NCBI GenBank assembly: GCA_963707985.1 | Contig: CAVPRW010000015.1 | Coordinates: forward strand, 32,001-96,000 | Source of the DNA: an uncultured Nitrospinota bacterium | Lineage (GTDB): Bacteria; Tectomicrobia; Entotheonellia; J063; CAVPRW01 | Direction of reading: 5' to 3' | Length of the DNA: 64,000 nt | Notes under the pieces: model-generated | Database searches by the model: none | Told to the model about the DNA's origin: nothing | The model's input: the letters and a program-made list of their open reading frames with translations, nothing else | Part shown: one piece after another, positions 49,854 to 59,997 of the stretch | Layout: the number at the start of each line of letters is the position of its first letter | How positions within the stretch are numbered: position 1 is the first letter of the stretch | Position numbers and translations under genes: made by a program

Positions 49854-51263
49854 ATGGATCACCAGGAACTCATCGACAGGTTGCGAAGCATTCTCCCTCC
49901 CGTGGATGTGCTCAGCTCGCGTGCCGACTGTGTGACTTACGGCTATGACGCGTCAATATTTCAAGGGGAAGAAATCATCGCTGTGGCGCTTCCCAAATCG
50001 GCGGCAGAAGTAGCTCAGATCGTCCGTCTCGCGCGACAGACACGAACCCCATATGTGGCCCGCGGCAGCGGCACAGGGATTAGTGGTGGTGCCATTCCCA
50101 CCCAGGGTGGACTGGTTATCGAACTCGCCAAAATGAATCGCGTCCTGGAAATCGACCTGGCCAATCGGTGTGCTGTAGTGGAACCTGGTGTCATCAATCA
50201 GGACCTCAAAGAGCTATTGGCTGAGCAGGGCTACGGGCACACCTACGTGCCGGATCCGGGCAGTCAGGTGGTCTCAACCATTGGTGGGAACGTCGCGACC
50301 AACGCTGGCGGCATGCATTGCCTCAAATACGGGGTGACGACGAACCACATCAGCGGGCTTGAGGTGGTGCTGCCGGATGGGGAAATCGTCACCGTGGGAG
50401 GAAAGGTGCTCGATCAGCCGGGTTGTGACCTGACAGGCCTGTTCGTCGGCTCAGAGGGTACCCTGGGAATCGTCACTAAGATCGTTCTGCGTATCGTTCG
50501 CCTGCCGGAGGTCGTGCGCACACAATTGGCGCTCTTCCCCTCGGTCGACGCCGCAGCCAACGCGGTGTCGACGATCATGACGGCAGGCATTCTACCGGCG
50601 GCCCTGGAATTGTTGGACCGTGCCTGCATGGACGTGGTGGATCAGGTGATCCATATTGGTTTTCCGGCGAGCGCTGGAGCGGCGTTGATCATCGAGCTCG
50701 ATGGTCTAAACGATGGTATGCAGCGCACCCTTGACCGGGTCGAGGACATTTGTAAGCAGCATGCTGTGGTCGAGATTCGCACGGCGCATAGTGCCGACGA
50801 GGCCGCGCACCTTTGGTTGAGTCGTCGAGCCGCGTATGGCGCCCTAGCGCGCCTGGCTCCCACCTGTTATATCGTCGATGGCTGCGTGCCCCGCACCAAG
50901 CTTCCCGAGGCCCTGACGCGGACCGTTGCCATCGGCGAACGCTATGGGTTGACGATCGCGAATATGGCCCATGCCGGTGACGGCAACTTGCACCCAGCGA
51001 TTCCCTTCGATATCAACGATGCCATGGCGTGTCAGCGCGTGATGGCCTGCGGCCGCGACATTCTGCGGATGTGTGCCGACCTAGGGGGGACCATCACCGG
51101 CGAACATGGCGTGGGAGTCGAAAAGCAAAACGAGATGCCGTTTGTGTTTTCTGCAACGGATCTGGCGGTAATGCAGCGTGTCAAACAGGTGATCGACCCA
51201 GACCATCTTTGCAATCCGGGGAAGATCTTCCCATCATTGACACCACCCAAATTTCTCACCTAA
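49854..51263 (+). CDS. glcD: glycolate oxidase FAD-linked subunit GlcD-like
   Basis: RGSGTGISGG, PDPGSQ, NAGGMHCLKYG, GSEGTLG, HAGDGNLHP, GEHGVG, NPGKIF. Confidence 0.9.
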   Translation: MDHQELIDRLRSILPPVDVLSSRADCVTYGYDASIFQGEEIIAVALPKSAAEVAQIVRLARQTRTPYVARGSGTGISGGAIPTQGGLVIELAKMNRVLEIDLANRCAVVEPGVINQDLKELLAEQGYGHTYVPDPGSQVVSTIGGNVATNAGGMHCLKYGVTTNHISGLEVVLPDGEIVTVGGKVLDQPGCDLTGLFVGSEGTLGIVTKIVLRIVRLPEVVRTQLALFPSVDAAANAVSTIMTAGILPAALELLDRACMDVVDQVIHIGFPASAGAALIIELDGLNDGMQRTLDRVEDICKQHAVVEIRTAHSADEAAHLWLSRRAAYGALARLAPTCYIVDGCVPRTKLPEALTRTVAIGERYGLTIANMAHAGDGNLHPAIPFDINDAMACQRVMACGRDILRMCADLGGTITGEHGVGVEKQNEMPFVFSATDLAVMQRVKQVIDPDHLCNPGKIFPSLTPPKFLT

Positions 51264-51336
51264 GTGCGGCGATCCGATGTCTGAGATACCATCGCCAGGG
51301 AACCTTTGGGGGTAAGAGAGGCTCGGCTTGCGAACC

Positions 51337-52746
51337 ATGAGCACAAGACCTGTGTGGATTGCATCCCTCGAAACGCTCATCGGTGCTCATCGGTGTGAGA
51401 CACATACGATGCGTCTCCAGGCGTATGCTGTTGATGGCCTTATCCCCAGTGCCGTTGTATGGCCTGACACCGTCGAGCAGGTTGTGCTTGTCCTGCAATG
51501 GGCCCAACGCGAGAAGCTGGCGGTGATACCATGTGGGAGTGGCACCCAACTCGGGCTGGGAGGTATTCCGAAGCGTGTCGATCTGGTGCTGTCGCTATGC
51601 CGCCTGGCCCAGGTCTACGACTACGACGTGGCCAACTTTACGATCAGCGCAGGGGCGGGGATGACGTTCGCGGAGCTCGCTCAACTGACTGCAGCACATA
51701 GGCAGATGCTGCCACTGCAATACCCTACTAGCATCGCGACCTTGGGCGGCCTCATCGCTACCAATGCCTATAGCCCCAAACGCATACGCTACGGGGGCGT
51801 ACGGGACCTCCTCCTGGGCCTACGTATCGCCCTGCCGAGTGGGGAAATCGCGCACTTCGGCGGCAAGGTGGTGAAGAATGTGGCGGGTTACGATATGTGT
51901 AAACTCTTTCTTGGCTCGCTCGGAGCACTTGGAATCATCGTCGAGGCGACGTTTCGATTGTACGCCCTACCAGAGCGCGACGAAACCTTGCTGGCTGTGC
52001 TCCCCTCGCTCGAGTCGGGAGCCGCAACCGTGGCCCAGCTGATAGCGACGCAGCTGCTCCCCTCACAAATCCTCCTTCTCGACTCACGTGCCACACAAGC
52101 CGTTGCACCAGAAGTCGCCACGACAGCCAATGCCGGCACGGTGCTACTCCTAGTGAACTGTGAAGGGATGGATGAAGCGGTTGAACGGCAACTCGCGGAG
52201 ATCGCACGGATGTGCCAGGGGCATGCGGCGTCTATGGTGCAAGTGCTTTCCGGTGAGATGCAATGTCAGCTCCGGATACGTCTTGAAGGGGCCATGCACC
52301 AGCGTGAGGTCAAGATTCCCGCATCTGCGCTCCAGCCCACACCCCTGACGGTGAGTCGTGGGGGAGCGCTCACGATACGGCTTGGGACGCTCCCGTCACG
52401 AGTCTATGCTGTCATGGAAGCTGCCGCCCAGGCGCTGAAACCGCTCGCACCTGGGGCGATGATCATCGGAGATTGCGGCGTAGGATTGGTGAAACTCTGC
52501 CTGGGGCTTGAAGACCTGGGCACGGATGCCATCGATGCAGCCCTGATACGTGCTCTTCGTGAGTTGGCTGGAGTGGTTGCCGGGCATGGCGGAGTTGCAG
52601 TGGTGGAAACTGCGCCGCCTGATGCCAAGGTGCAGCTTGAGGTCTGGGGTCCGCCACCCTCAAGCTTTCCTCTGTTGGAGGGGCTGAAGCGCCAATTTGA
52701 CCCCGAGGGTGTCCTCAGCCCGGGTCGTTTCATCGGCGGCTTGTGA
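51337..52746 (+). CDS. glcE: glycolate oxidase subunit GlcE-like
   Basis: RYGGVRD, GGKVVKNVAGYDMCKLF.GS.G.LG, LKRQFDP.GVLSPGR. Confidence 0.88.
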   Translation: MSTRPVWIASLETLIGAHRCETHTMRLQAYAVDGLIPSAVVWPDTVEQVVLVLQWAQREKLAVIPCGSGTQLGLGGIPKRVDLVLSLCRLAQVYDYDVANFTISAGAGMTFAELAQLTAAHRQMLPLQYPTSIATLGGLIATNAYSPKRIRYGGVRDLLLGLRIALPSGEIAHFGGKVVKNVAGYDMCKLFLGSLGALGIIVEATFRLYALPERDETLLAVLPSLESGAATVAQLIATQLLPSQILLLDSRATQAVAPEVATTANAGTVLLLVNCEGMDEAVERQLAEIARMCQGHAASMVQVLSGEMQCQLRIRLEGAMHQREVKIPASALQPTPLTVSRGGALTIRLGTLPSRVYAVMEAAAQALKPLAPGAMIIGDCGVGLVKLCLGLEDLGTDAIDAALIRALRELAGVVAGHGGVAVVETAPPDAKVQLEVWGPPPSSFPLLEGLKRQFDPEGVLSPGRFIGGL

Positions 52747-52798
52747 CGCCGTTTGGTGTTGGTGGCTGCTTTGGGTTAGCCTGACGAAGGAGTTGCAC

Positions 52799-54115
52799 AT
52801 GGCTCTCGAGGCCCCGATGACATCGTCTCAAATGGAGTTCGCGCATTTGATGCAGACGGTTGACGCGTCGTGCATCAAGTGTGGATTCTGCCTCCCCAAG
52901 TGCCCCACGTACCGCGAGACTGGCCTCGAATCGGCCTCACCACGGGGACGGATCCATCTGCTGAAGCTGGTCGCCAAAGGCCGTCTGCAGCCGGCTGATA
53001 TCGACGCACAGCTCGACCTCTGTCTGGGGTGTCGAGCTTGCGAGACCGCTTGTCCAGCGGGGGTCAAGTTCGGCAGGCTTCTCGAAGCCGGGCGCGAGCA
53101 AACACGCCGGGCGAAGCATCTGACGCGGTGGCAACGGCGGCAGCAACAAATCTTCTACTCCGGGCTCCTCCTCCACCTGAAACGCCTCGACCTTCTCGTC
53201 GACCTCCTCTGGCTGTATCAAGCCAGCGGCATGCGCCGGCTGGTACAGAACAGCCGTTTGTTGCACCTCTTGTCGCCGGCGTGGTCGGATGTCGAGCTGT
53301 TACTTCCAGCGTTGCCATCCCCCCTGGTCCGCCAGCGTCTGCACGAATGGACCAGACCCGTGGGGCGTGCGCAGCGGCGGGTGGGCTTCCTGACGGGCTG
53401 CGTCATGCGGTCGGTATTCGCGGATGCCAATGCCGCGACCGTTCGCGTGCTGGCGAAAAATGGCTGCCAGGTGGTAATTCCCCCTCAGCTCGGCTGCTGT
53501 GGAGCACTGCATGCCCACCATGGCAACCTCGCAACCGCTCGCCTCCTGGCGCAACAAAATATACGGGTGTTCGAAGGCTACGAGCTGGACGCCGTGATTG
53601 TGAACTCAGCCGGCTGCGGCGCGATGCTGAAAGAATATGGTCAGCTGTTAGCAGACGACGAAGTGTACGCGCAACGAGCCTCGGCTTTCAGCGGTAAGGT
53701 CCAAGACATCAGCGAATTTCTTGCTGGTCTGACGCTGAACCAGCAGCTGGCCCAGCTGCCGCTACGTGTCGCCTACGATGACCCCTGCCATTTGTTGCAT
53801 GGTCAAGGGATCAGCCACGAGCCTCGTCAGCTGCTGCAACAAATACCCGGCGTGGCGTTGGTGCCCTTTAAGGAGGCGGACTGGTGTTGTGGTAGTGCTG
53901 GTACCTACAATCTGATGCAACCCGAAATGTCGAGGCGGCTGTTGGATCGTAAGCTACAGCACATCGCGGCTGTCGACCCCGACGTGATCGCTACCGGCAA
54001 TCCCGGTTGCCTGCTGCAGCTGGCCTGGGGGGTCAAGCGGGCGGGGATGCGTGCCGAGGTGCTGCACCCCATTGAGTTGCTCGATCGTGCCTACCGGCTT
54101 GGGGCGGCCTCCTGA
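52799..54115 (+). CDS. glcF: glycolate oxidase Fe-S subunit GlcF-like
   Basis: CIKCGFCLPKCPTY, CLGCRACETACP, two CCG domains. Confidence 0.9.
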   Translation: MALEAPMTSSQMEFAHLMQTVDASCIKCGFCLPKCPTYRETGLESASPRGRIHLLKLVAKGRLQPADIDAQLDLCLGCRACETACPAGVKFGRLLEAGREQTRRAKHLTRWQRRQQQIFYSGLLLHLKRLDLLVDLLWLYQASGMRRLVQNSRLLHLLSPAWSDVELLLPALPSPLVRQRLHEWTRPVGRAQRRVGFLTGCVMRSVFADANAATVRVLAKNGCQVVIPPQLGCCGALHAHHGNLATARLLAQQNIRVFEGYELDAVIVNSAGCGAMLKEYGQLLADDEVYAQRASAFSGKVQDISEFLAGLTLNQQLAQLPLRVAYDDPCHLLHGQGISHEPRQLLQQIPGVALVPFKEADWCCGSAGTYNLMQPEMSRRLLDRKLQHIAAVDPDVIATGNPGCLLQLAWGVKRAGMRAEVLHPIELLDRAYRLGAAS

Positions 54116-55254
54116 GGCACGTCTAGCGGCTCGCCTAGCTCTCGGATGGCCGGATACACTTCCTCCGCAAACAGCTTCAGACTCTGCCGTGTATGCTCGG
54201 TAGGCATGAAACCAGCCTGCATCATCATCATCAGATGGCCCACCTGGCAGCGCTCGTGCAGATAGGTGATCTTCTTGATGACCGTGTCGGGGTTGCCCCA
54301 TATCGCGATGCCGACCTCATTCAACTCTTCCCAACTCTTCCCTGCCCCCCGGCGACTCTCGCCCCTGTACATGCGGGCGCTGGTTTCGGGCGCATTATAG
54401 CCCGGTGGATTGACGAACCCCGGATGCTGGACCGCCTGCAAATACCACATCAGCGCCCTACCTTGCTCACGGGCCTGCTCGTCCGTGTCGCCCACATAGA
54501 CCAGGGCCAGGAACCCAAATTTGTCCGGCCCTGGCTCCAGGAGACCGCGCTCGTGGCAGCGCTCGCGATAAATTTGATGTAACCGTTCTTGCTCCTCGTA
54601 GGGTTGCAGGAAGCAGGCATAGACGTACTGATGATCAGCGATCCACCTCACGCTGTTAGGAGTCGAACCGGTGATCCAGATGGGGGGGTGCGGCTGCTGG
54701 TAAGGTCGCGGCCAGGGGTTCACATAGCGATAATGCCAGAACTTACCCTCCCAGTTAAAGGGCTCGCGCGTGGTCCATGCGTGCATGATGAGGTCATGAG
54801 CCTCCTCAAAACGCTCTCGAGTCTGGGCTGGGTTGGTGTTGGCGGGGTGGTACTCGGTCGCCACGCCACGCACAAAACCACAGATCAGACGACCCTGCGT
54901 CACGCAATCGAGGAACGCCATCTCTTCAGCCACCCGTACCGGGTTGTCACGGTTTGCGATCGGGTTGCCCAACAATAGTAACTTGGCGCGGCTGGTGCGC
55001 CGGGCGATTGCCGCCGCCGTCAGGGGCATCACGGAATCGATACAGGTGACTGTCTGGTGATGCTCATTCAACATGAGATCTAGACCCAACTCATCGGCAT
55101 ACTCGTATTCATCTAGATAGCGGTTGTACAGCTCGCTGGCGAGCTTAGGATCGCAGTAGTGATTGGGCAAGATCACCCGTTGCGAATGGAGCTGCTGCGC
55201 CACCTCCGGCGGATAATAGGGATAGGGCATCTCGGTGAAATAGTAGGCGCGCAT
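54091..55254 (-). CDS. LLM class flavin-dependent oxidoreductase
   Basis: NEHHQT, PVRVAEEMA.LD, PRPYQQPHPPIW, LFAEEVYP. Confidence 0.9.
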   Translation of the reverse strand: MRAYYFTEMPYPYYPPEVAQQLHSQRVILPNHYCDPKLASELYNRYLDEYEYADELGLDLMLNEHHQTVTCIDSVMPLTAAAIARRTSRAKLLLLGNPIANRDNPVRVAEEMAFLDCVTQGRLICGFVRGVATEYHPANTNPAQTRERFEEAHDLIMHAWTTREPFNWEGKFWHYRYVNPWPRPYQQPHPPIWITGSTPNSVRWIADHQYVYACFLQPYEEQERLHQIYRERCHERGLLEPGPDKFGFLALVYVGDTDEQAREQGRALMWYLQAVQHPGFVNPPGYNAPETSARMYRGESRRGAGKSWEELNEVGIAIWGNPDTVIKKITYLHERCQVGHLMMMMQAGFMPTEHTRQSLKLFAEEVYPAIRELGEPLDVPQEAAPSR

Positions 55255-55272
55255 CGCTCGCGTCTCCTTCCG

Positions 55273-56079
55273 TTATTCGCTCAAGAACGACGTGACACAG
55301 GCGACGAATGTTTCAGGCTGCTCCAAGTAGGGATAGTGGCCGGCTGCTGGAATGAGTTGGAATTGAGCCCCCGGTATCGCCTGCTGGAAGGCACGACCAT
55401 AGTCAGGGCGCACGATGCGATCGCTTTCCCCCCAGAGGACTAGGGTTGGGACCGCGATGCGATGCAGCCACCGGCGCAAGGCAGGATTATGCATGAACGG
55501 TTTCCAGGTAAAGCGCACAGCCGCCTCACGATTGCGGATCAAGGTCAGCAACTCCGCCTCCGGTAAACCAGGCATGCCCGGTAACTTCATCCGTTCAGCG
55601 CCCAAGGCAGAGTCATGCCAGCCGACCTCTAGCAACTGCTCACGGTTCAGAATGAAGGTCTCGACGATGTCGACTTCGGTGCGTGTAGAGACTTTGATGC
55701 CGACAGTATCGGCCAGGACAAGGTGCCGCAGGGAGTGTCCACAGCGTACGGCCATCTCTGTGGCGATCCAGCCCCCCAGCCCCAGCCCCAGGATATCGAT
55801 GCTTTGGGAATCGAGGCCAGCGATGAAATCCAGGTAGAGGTATGCCAGATCATCGATGCCTTCGATGGTTTCAGGCCGCTCCGAGGCGCCAAAGCCTGGA
55901 TGGGATGGCGCCAGCACTGTGAAGTGAGCCGCCAGGGCAGCGTGATACGGCTGCCAGGTTGTCATCACTTCACAGTCGTGTAGCACCAACAAGGGGGGGC
56001 CCTGACCACCCTGGAGCACCTGCAACGTGACGCCGTCTACTGTGCATCGTTCTTCCTGACCAGAAACCGCTGTCGCCAC
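55273..56079 (-). CDS. alpha/beta fold hydrolase (nucleophile Ser apparently absent)
   Basis: GPPLLVLH, PGFGAS, GLGLGGW, PTLVLWGESD, AGHYPYLEQP. Confidence 0.85.
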   Translation of the reverse strand: MATAVSGQEERCTVDGVTLQVLQGGQGPPLLVLHDCEVMTTWQPYHAALAAHFTVLAPSHPGFGASERPETIEGIDDLAYLYLDFIAGLDSQSIDILGLGLGGWIATEMAVRCGHSLRHLVLADTVGIKVSTRTEVDIVETFILNREQLLEVGWHDSALGAERMKLPGMPGLPEAELLTLIRNREAAVRFTWKPFMHNPALRRWLHRIAVPTLVLWGESDRIVRPDYGRAFQQAIPGAQFQLIPAAGHYPYLEQPETFVACVTSFLSE

Positions 56080-56536
56080 CTTTGCTTTCCCCCTGCCGTC
56101 AATCCCATAAGCTCCCCGAGACTGGTTGTCGCCCACCGCGTCTCGCCCCGAAACGAGCTCCTGAGCTCCAAGGATCGCGCCGTTTCCGCGCCACGAAAGC
56201 CCCTCAAGGGTCGCCTGACGAAGGTGGCAAGACGCCCTCAACAGCTCGAACGCTCACACCGCCGAGCCCAGTCATCGGCGGCATGGTAACAGAGGTCAAG
56301 CCCGCCGTCAACCAGTGCTATGCGCCGCAAACTGGCTTGTACGGCTTGTGGGCGTGTGCTACGCTCCGATCGTCAGAAGCGTGCAGGTAGGAAGGTCCTG
56401 TAGAGGTTCGACAAAGCGCTCAAGATCAAGCAGTTGGCATGTACGTGGGCTGATGGCTTTAAGGAGGATTATCGCTGAGAATCCATGCCTTCGGCGGCCG
56501 CCAAGTGGAATGCCCGCTGCGTTCACATCGCCTCGT

Positions 56537-56938
56537 TTACGCCTCTCCATCGGCGAGGAACGGCCTCATAGCCTCGTAAAAGGGACCTTGCCGGTGCTGA
56601 ACCTGCTCATAACACATGAAGGCCATCGCATTCCAAATGAGGTCTTTCTCCTCCTCGGTGATTCCCCGGCGCTCGCAGAAATCCAAAAAGGCATCGGCAG
56701 CAGCCTCTGCCGCATCGGGGGCACCTGCCGCATCGTCTTGACTCACGGCGCCGTTGCCATCTTCCTCGTCGAAGACCTCCGCGTCTATATAGATATCCAG
56801 CTGGGCATCGCCATGGTGATCTTGCACTGCTTCGATGTCGAACACCTCTCCGGTACCATCTGGTCTAAACAAGGCGACATACACGTCGTGGTCGCGGTCC
56901 ATCGTCTGTGCGATTGCCATGAGCTCACCAATCGTCAT
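56537..56938 (-). CDS. acidic hypothetical protein
   Basis: GAGGAGGT RBS; GC3-rich codon pattern; no family recognised. Confidence 0.65.
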   Translation of the reverse strand: MTIGELMAIAQTMDRDHDVYVALFRPDGTGEVFDIEAVQDHHGDAQLDIYIDAEVFDEEDGNGAVSQDDAAGAPDAAEAAADAFLDFCERRGITEEEKDLIWNAMAFMCYEQVQHRQGPFYEAMRPFLADGEA

Positions 56939-57341
56939 CGTCCACCTCCTCACTACTTCACGCGACCTGTGTGAAACCGGTCGTCTCTACGCTTCTCGGA
57001 AAACAAGAAATCGTGTATCGTTTTCTAATATACATCCATTACACATCCTCTGCAGAAGTTCTCTATCCTCAGGATTATCATTGACACCTATTGCTCACGG
57101 TTTCATAATCATTTGGCTTCGTTCTCCATTCCCCGGTATCTTACCTCCCGCTCACCGGATAGGCTTCCGAGCTCCGTGGGCACAGCCGGGACCCCTCGTC
57201 GCTCTCTATTCCGAGATGTTCCTGCGCGACCTGCAAGCATGATCAGAGGGGTTGGGCTTGGCTCCGATCGTCGTGCTCGCCGCGGTTGGGCCACCAGGAG
57301 CAGGCCCGCGACGCTTCCTGGCTTTAGGCCACGTGGGCTGT

Positions 57342-57357
57342 CGGCACGCTCTTTGCT
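57342..57357 (+). promoter_or_regulatory. sigma54 promoter
   Basis: CGGCACGCTCTTTGCT = GG-N10-GC. Confidence 0.6.
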
Positions 57358-57507
57358 GTTAGGCTACATAGAGCTGTGACGAACCGTCAAGGCATTGCCA
57401 ACAGCGTAGCTCTCACGCCTATACGGCTGAGACGATGCTACGCGATACCATGAAGCCTTGCAGGGGTATGTGTCCCAACGGGTCGCTCAGCTAGGAGGAG
57501 AACGTAC

Positions 57508-57810
57508 GTGCTACCTACCTGCCATCTCATCCACTATCGTGTGCAACTCGTTGGCACGGCGCTTGTCCTGGCCAGCCTGTGTGGCTGGTATCCTCTGTCC
57601 GCAGCGTCTGCCGCGGGCAGAGAACTCACCGCATCTGGGGATTATCCCGACTATCGGGATCCTCACGGCTATCAAAATGATCGGTCTTACCGCCGGCCGA
57701 GGTATGAACAGCCCGATCGCTTCACCATTCGCAAGGGGAAGAAGTGCGAGATTCATTGTGAGCGGATACGCGGTACCCGCGAGTACCGGTGTCGGGAATA
57801 CCGCTGTTAG
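57508..57810 (+). CDS. small putative secreted protein with Cys-rich C-terminus
   Basis: AGGAGG RBS + GTG; hydrophobic signal-like segment ending ASA; KCEIHC...CREYRC. Confidence 0.6.
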   Translation: MLPTCHLIHYRVQLVGTALVLASLCGWYPLSAASAAGRELTASGDYPDYRDPHGYQNDRSYRRPRYEQPDRFTIRKGKKCEIHCERIRGTREYRCREYRC

Positions 57811-57887
57811 ACAGGTGGGTGTTTTGTGGCGAAGAATGATCGGTGCCTGATGCCCTGAGGTGCTTGCAACACTAGTCTGCCGAGGGC

Positions 57888-59096
57888 TCAGCGAAAGACC
57901 CCGGTATGACCCAGAGAGTAGCGCCCTGGTTGGGGATAAACACAGAGGCCATGCGGCCCCTTGCCGACGCGAATGCGGGCCAGCAGATGGCCGTTGGTGG
58001 TGTCGATCGCATAGACCTCAGCATGATATCGACCGGCAAGCCAGAGCACCTTGCCATCCGCCGACACCCCCCCCATGTCCGGGCTCCCGCCGCCAGGCAG
58101 GCGCCAGGTACTGGTGACTGCGCGGGTGGCAAAATCGACCACCGAGATGCTTCCCTCCCCCCGGTTAGAGACATACAATAGCCGGGAATCCCGGCTGGCG
58201 TAGAGGCCGTGCGCGCCCTTACCCGTAGGTAGGAAGCCAAGGATAGACAGACGGTCCCCGTCGATTAGATAGACCCCGTTCGCATGCATATCAGCCACAT
58301 AGAACACGGCGCCGTCCGGCGAAAGCTTCACATCCTGGGGCATGCCTCGACCGGGCAAGGTGAGCCTGCCGATGAGCTGCTGCGTGGCAACGTCGACTTT
58401 GATCAGCGCACTGGCAAACTCGCAGCTGGCGATAAGGTAGCGGCCGTTCGCCGAAAAATCCAAGTGATCCACCCCTTTGCACGGCACTGAGAGCGAACGC
58501 ACCAACTGCATCGTCTGCGCGTCCCGGAAATCGAGCCGGCGCAGCCGCTCAGCTACCACAATGGCGTACTTGCCGTCGGGGGTGTAGTACATATTGTACG
58601 GATCCTCGACCGGCACGGTGTCGCCTTTGCGCCCTGTCGAAGGGTCGATCCGAGTCACGGTGTTGCCCAGATCGTTGAGTACCCAGAGGGTCTTGAGATC
58701 GTATGAGGGCGTAACATGCTGCGGCAGCCGGCCAACGGGGAAATGGTCGATGATCTTATAGGTCTGTGGATCGATGACATCGACCGTATTGCTGCCGCTA
58801 TTGGGCACATAGATGCGCGACGGAAAGTCCCGAACAACCGGGATGAGGTTCCCGGCACGGGTCTCAGAGTACACGTCGCGCGGGTCAAGCACTGGGGGCA
58901 TGTCGGGAAGCGCCTCGTCGGACGAGGATACCGGTATGGCTGTTCCCGGCAAGTCCTCGGCCGTCTTCGTACCCGTCGCAGCCGTAGCCCGGTGGGGCGC
59001 TAGCATATTTCCGGTGACGGACCCACTCCGCCCGGAGGAGCCCACGGTGCAGAGGAGCAAGAATACTGTCAGCGAGCACACATGTCTACAGCTCAT
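57888..59096 (-). CDS. YncE/YVTN-type beta-propeller protein, secreted
   Basis: Repeats IYVPNSGSNTVDVID, FYVADM, LYVSNRGEGSISVVD; signal-like N-terminus. Confidence 0.88.
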   Translation of the reverse strand: MSCRHVCSLTVFLLLCTVGSSGRSGSVTGNMLAPHRATAATGTKTAEDLPGTAIPVSSSDEALPDMPPVLDPRDVYSETRAGNLIPVVRDFPSRIYVPNSGSNTVDVIDPQTYKIIDHFPVGRLPQHVTPSYDLKTLWVLNDLGNTVTRIDPSTGRKGDTVPVEDPYNMYYTPDGKYAIVVAERLRRLDFRDAQTMQLVRSLSVPCKGVDHLDFSANGRYLIASCEFASALIKVDVATQQLIGRLTLPGRGMPQDVKLSPDGAVFYVADMHANGVYLIDGDRLSILGFLPTGKGAHGLYASRDSRLLYVSNRGEGSISVVDFATRAVTSTWRLPGGGSPDMGGVSADGKVLWLAGRYHAEVYAIDTTNGHLLARIRVGKGPHGLCVYPQPGRYSLGHTGVFR

Positions 59097-59356
59097 AGAG
59101 GTTCCATTGGCAAACGTTTCTGGTCATGGGTGGGAAGGCATGCCGAGCCCTCGGTCTGAGAGCATGAGCGACCTTTCAGGCATCAAACGCCACTATTCAT
59201 GCCGCTAGTTCACGACTATAGGGAGCAGAAGAGGTGTATCGCCAATCATGTAGTTCCCCCAGTGCGGTTAGGCCGAGAGCAGCGACGCCTTTACACATGT
59301 GACCCTTCGCTGCTCTCATGGCGACAGGTACCAAGGCTAATCGCCTGCCAGCTGAG

Positions 59357-59914
59357 CTAGACCGGCAGGAGTGGTTCAGTCCGGTCCGGAGGCAAGTCGG
59401 TATCGAAGGTGTTGATGAGCAACGCCAGCAGACTGTAGTTTCCCATGGTCAGGCTCAACTCGACGACCCCCTGGCGGCCAAACTGCTCAAGCGCCGCCTG
59501 GAAGCTCCCAGAGCTGACCCGATGGGTGCGGAAAAATTCCCTGCCATAGTGCACGACTGCTGCCTCGTCAGGCGCCAGGGTGGGAAGTTCCTGGCGATCC
59601 CGCAAGGCATCCACGAGCGCATCAGGTACACCGGCCTGGCGCGCTGACGCTGCGTGGGCGTTCCAGATGTGTTGGCAGTCCAGCGCCCGCGCCGTCACCA
59701 ACATAGCGAGCTCCTGAACTTTCTTGGACAATGATGATTGGTTCCGCAAGTAATCATTCAACCCGGTGGCCCAGCGGGAGGCTTCCGGGACGTGGACCAT
59801 CACCGAGCCCGGACCATAACGGGGCACTGTCCCCATCCGCTGCACCAGTTCGTCGAAAAGCGCTTTCTGAGCCTCTGGGACACTTTCCCGAGTTGCGATA
59901 GGTAATCTGGCCAT
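59357..59914 (-). CDS. carboxymuconolactone decarboxylase (AhpD-like) family protein
   Basis: MARLP, ELAMLVTARALDCQHIWNAH...AGV, GVVEL...GNY. Confidence 0.85.
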   Translation of the reverse strand: MARLPIATRESVPEAQKALFDELVQRMGTVPRYGPGSVMVHVPEASRWATGLNDYLRNQSSLSKKVQELAMLVTARALDCQHIWNAHAASARQAGVPDALVDALRDRQELPTLAPDEAAVVHYGREFFRTHRVSSGSFQAALEQFGRQGVVELSLTMGNYSLLALLINTFDTDLPPDRTEPLLPV

Positions 59915-59997
59915 GGCTTCCTCCTATGTTTGTGCTCCGGACGACTGACGCACGTGCCATTCGCGGCATAAAGGCCGATACCGACGACAGGGTGTCG

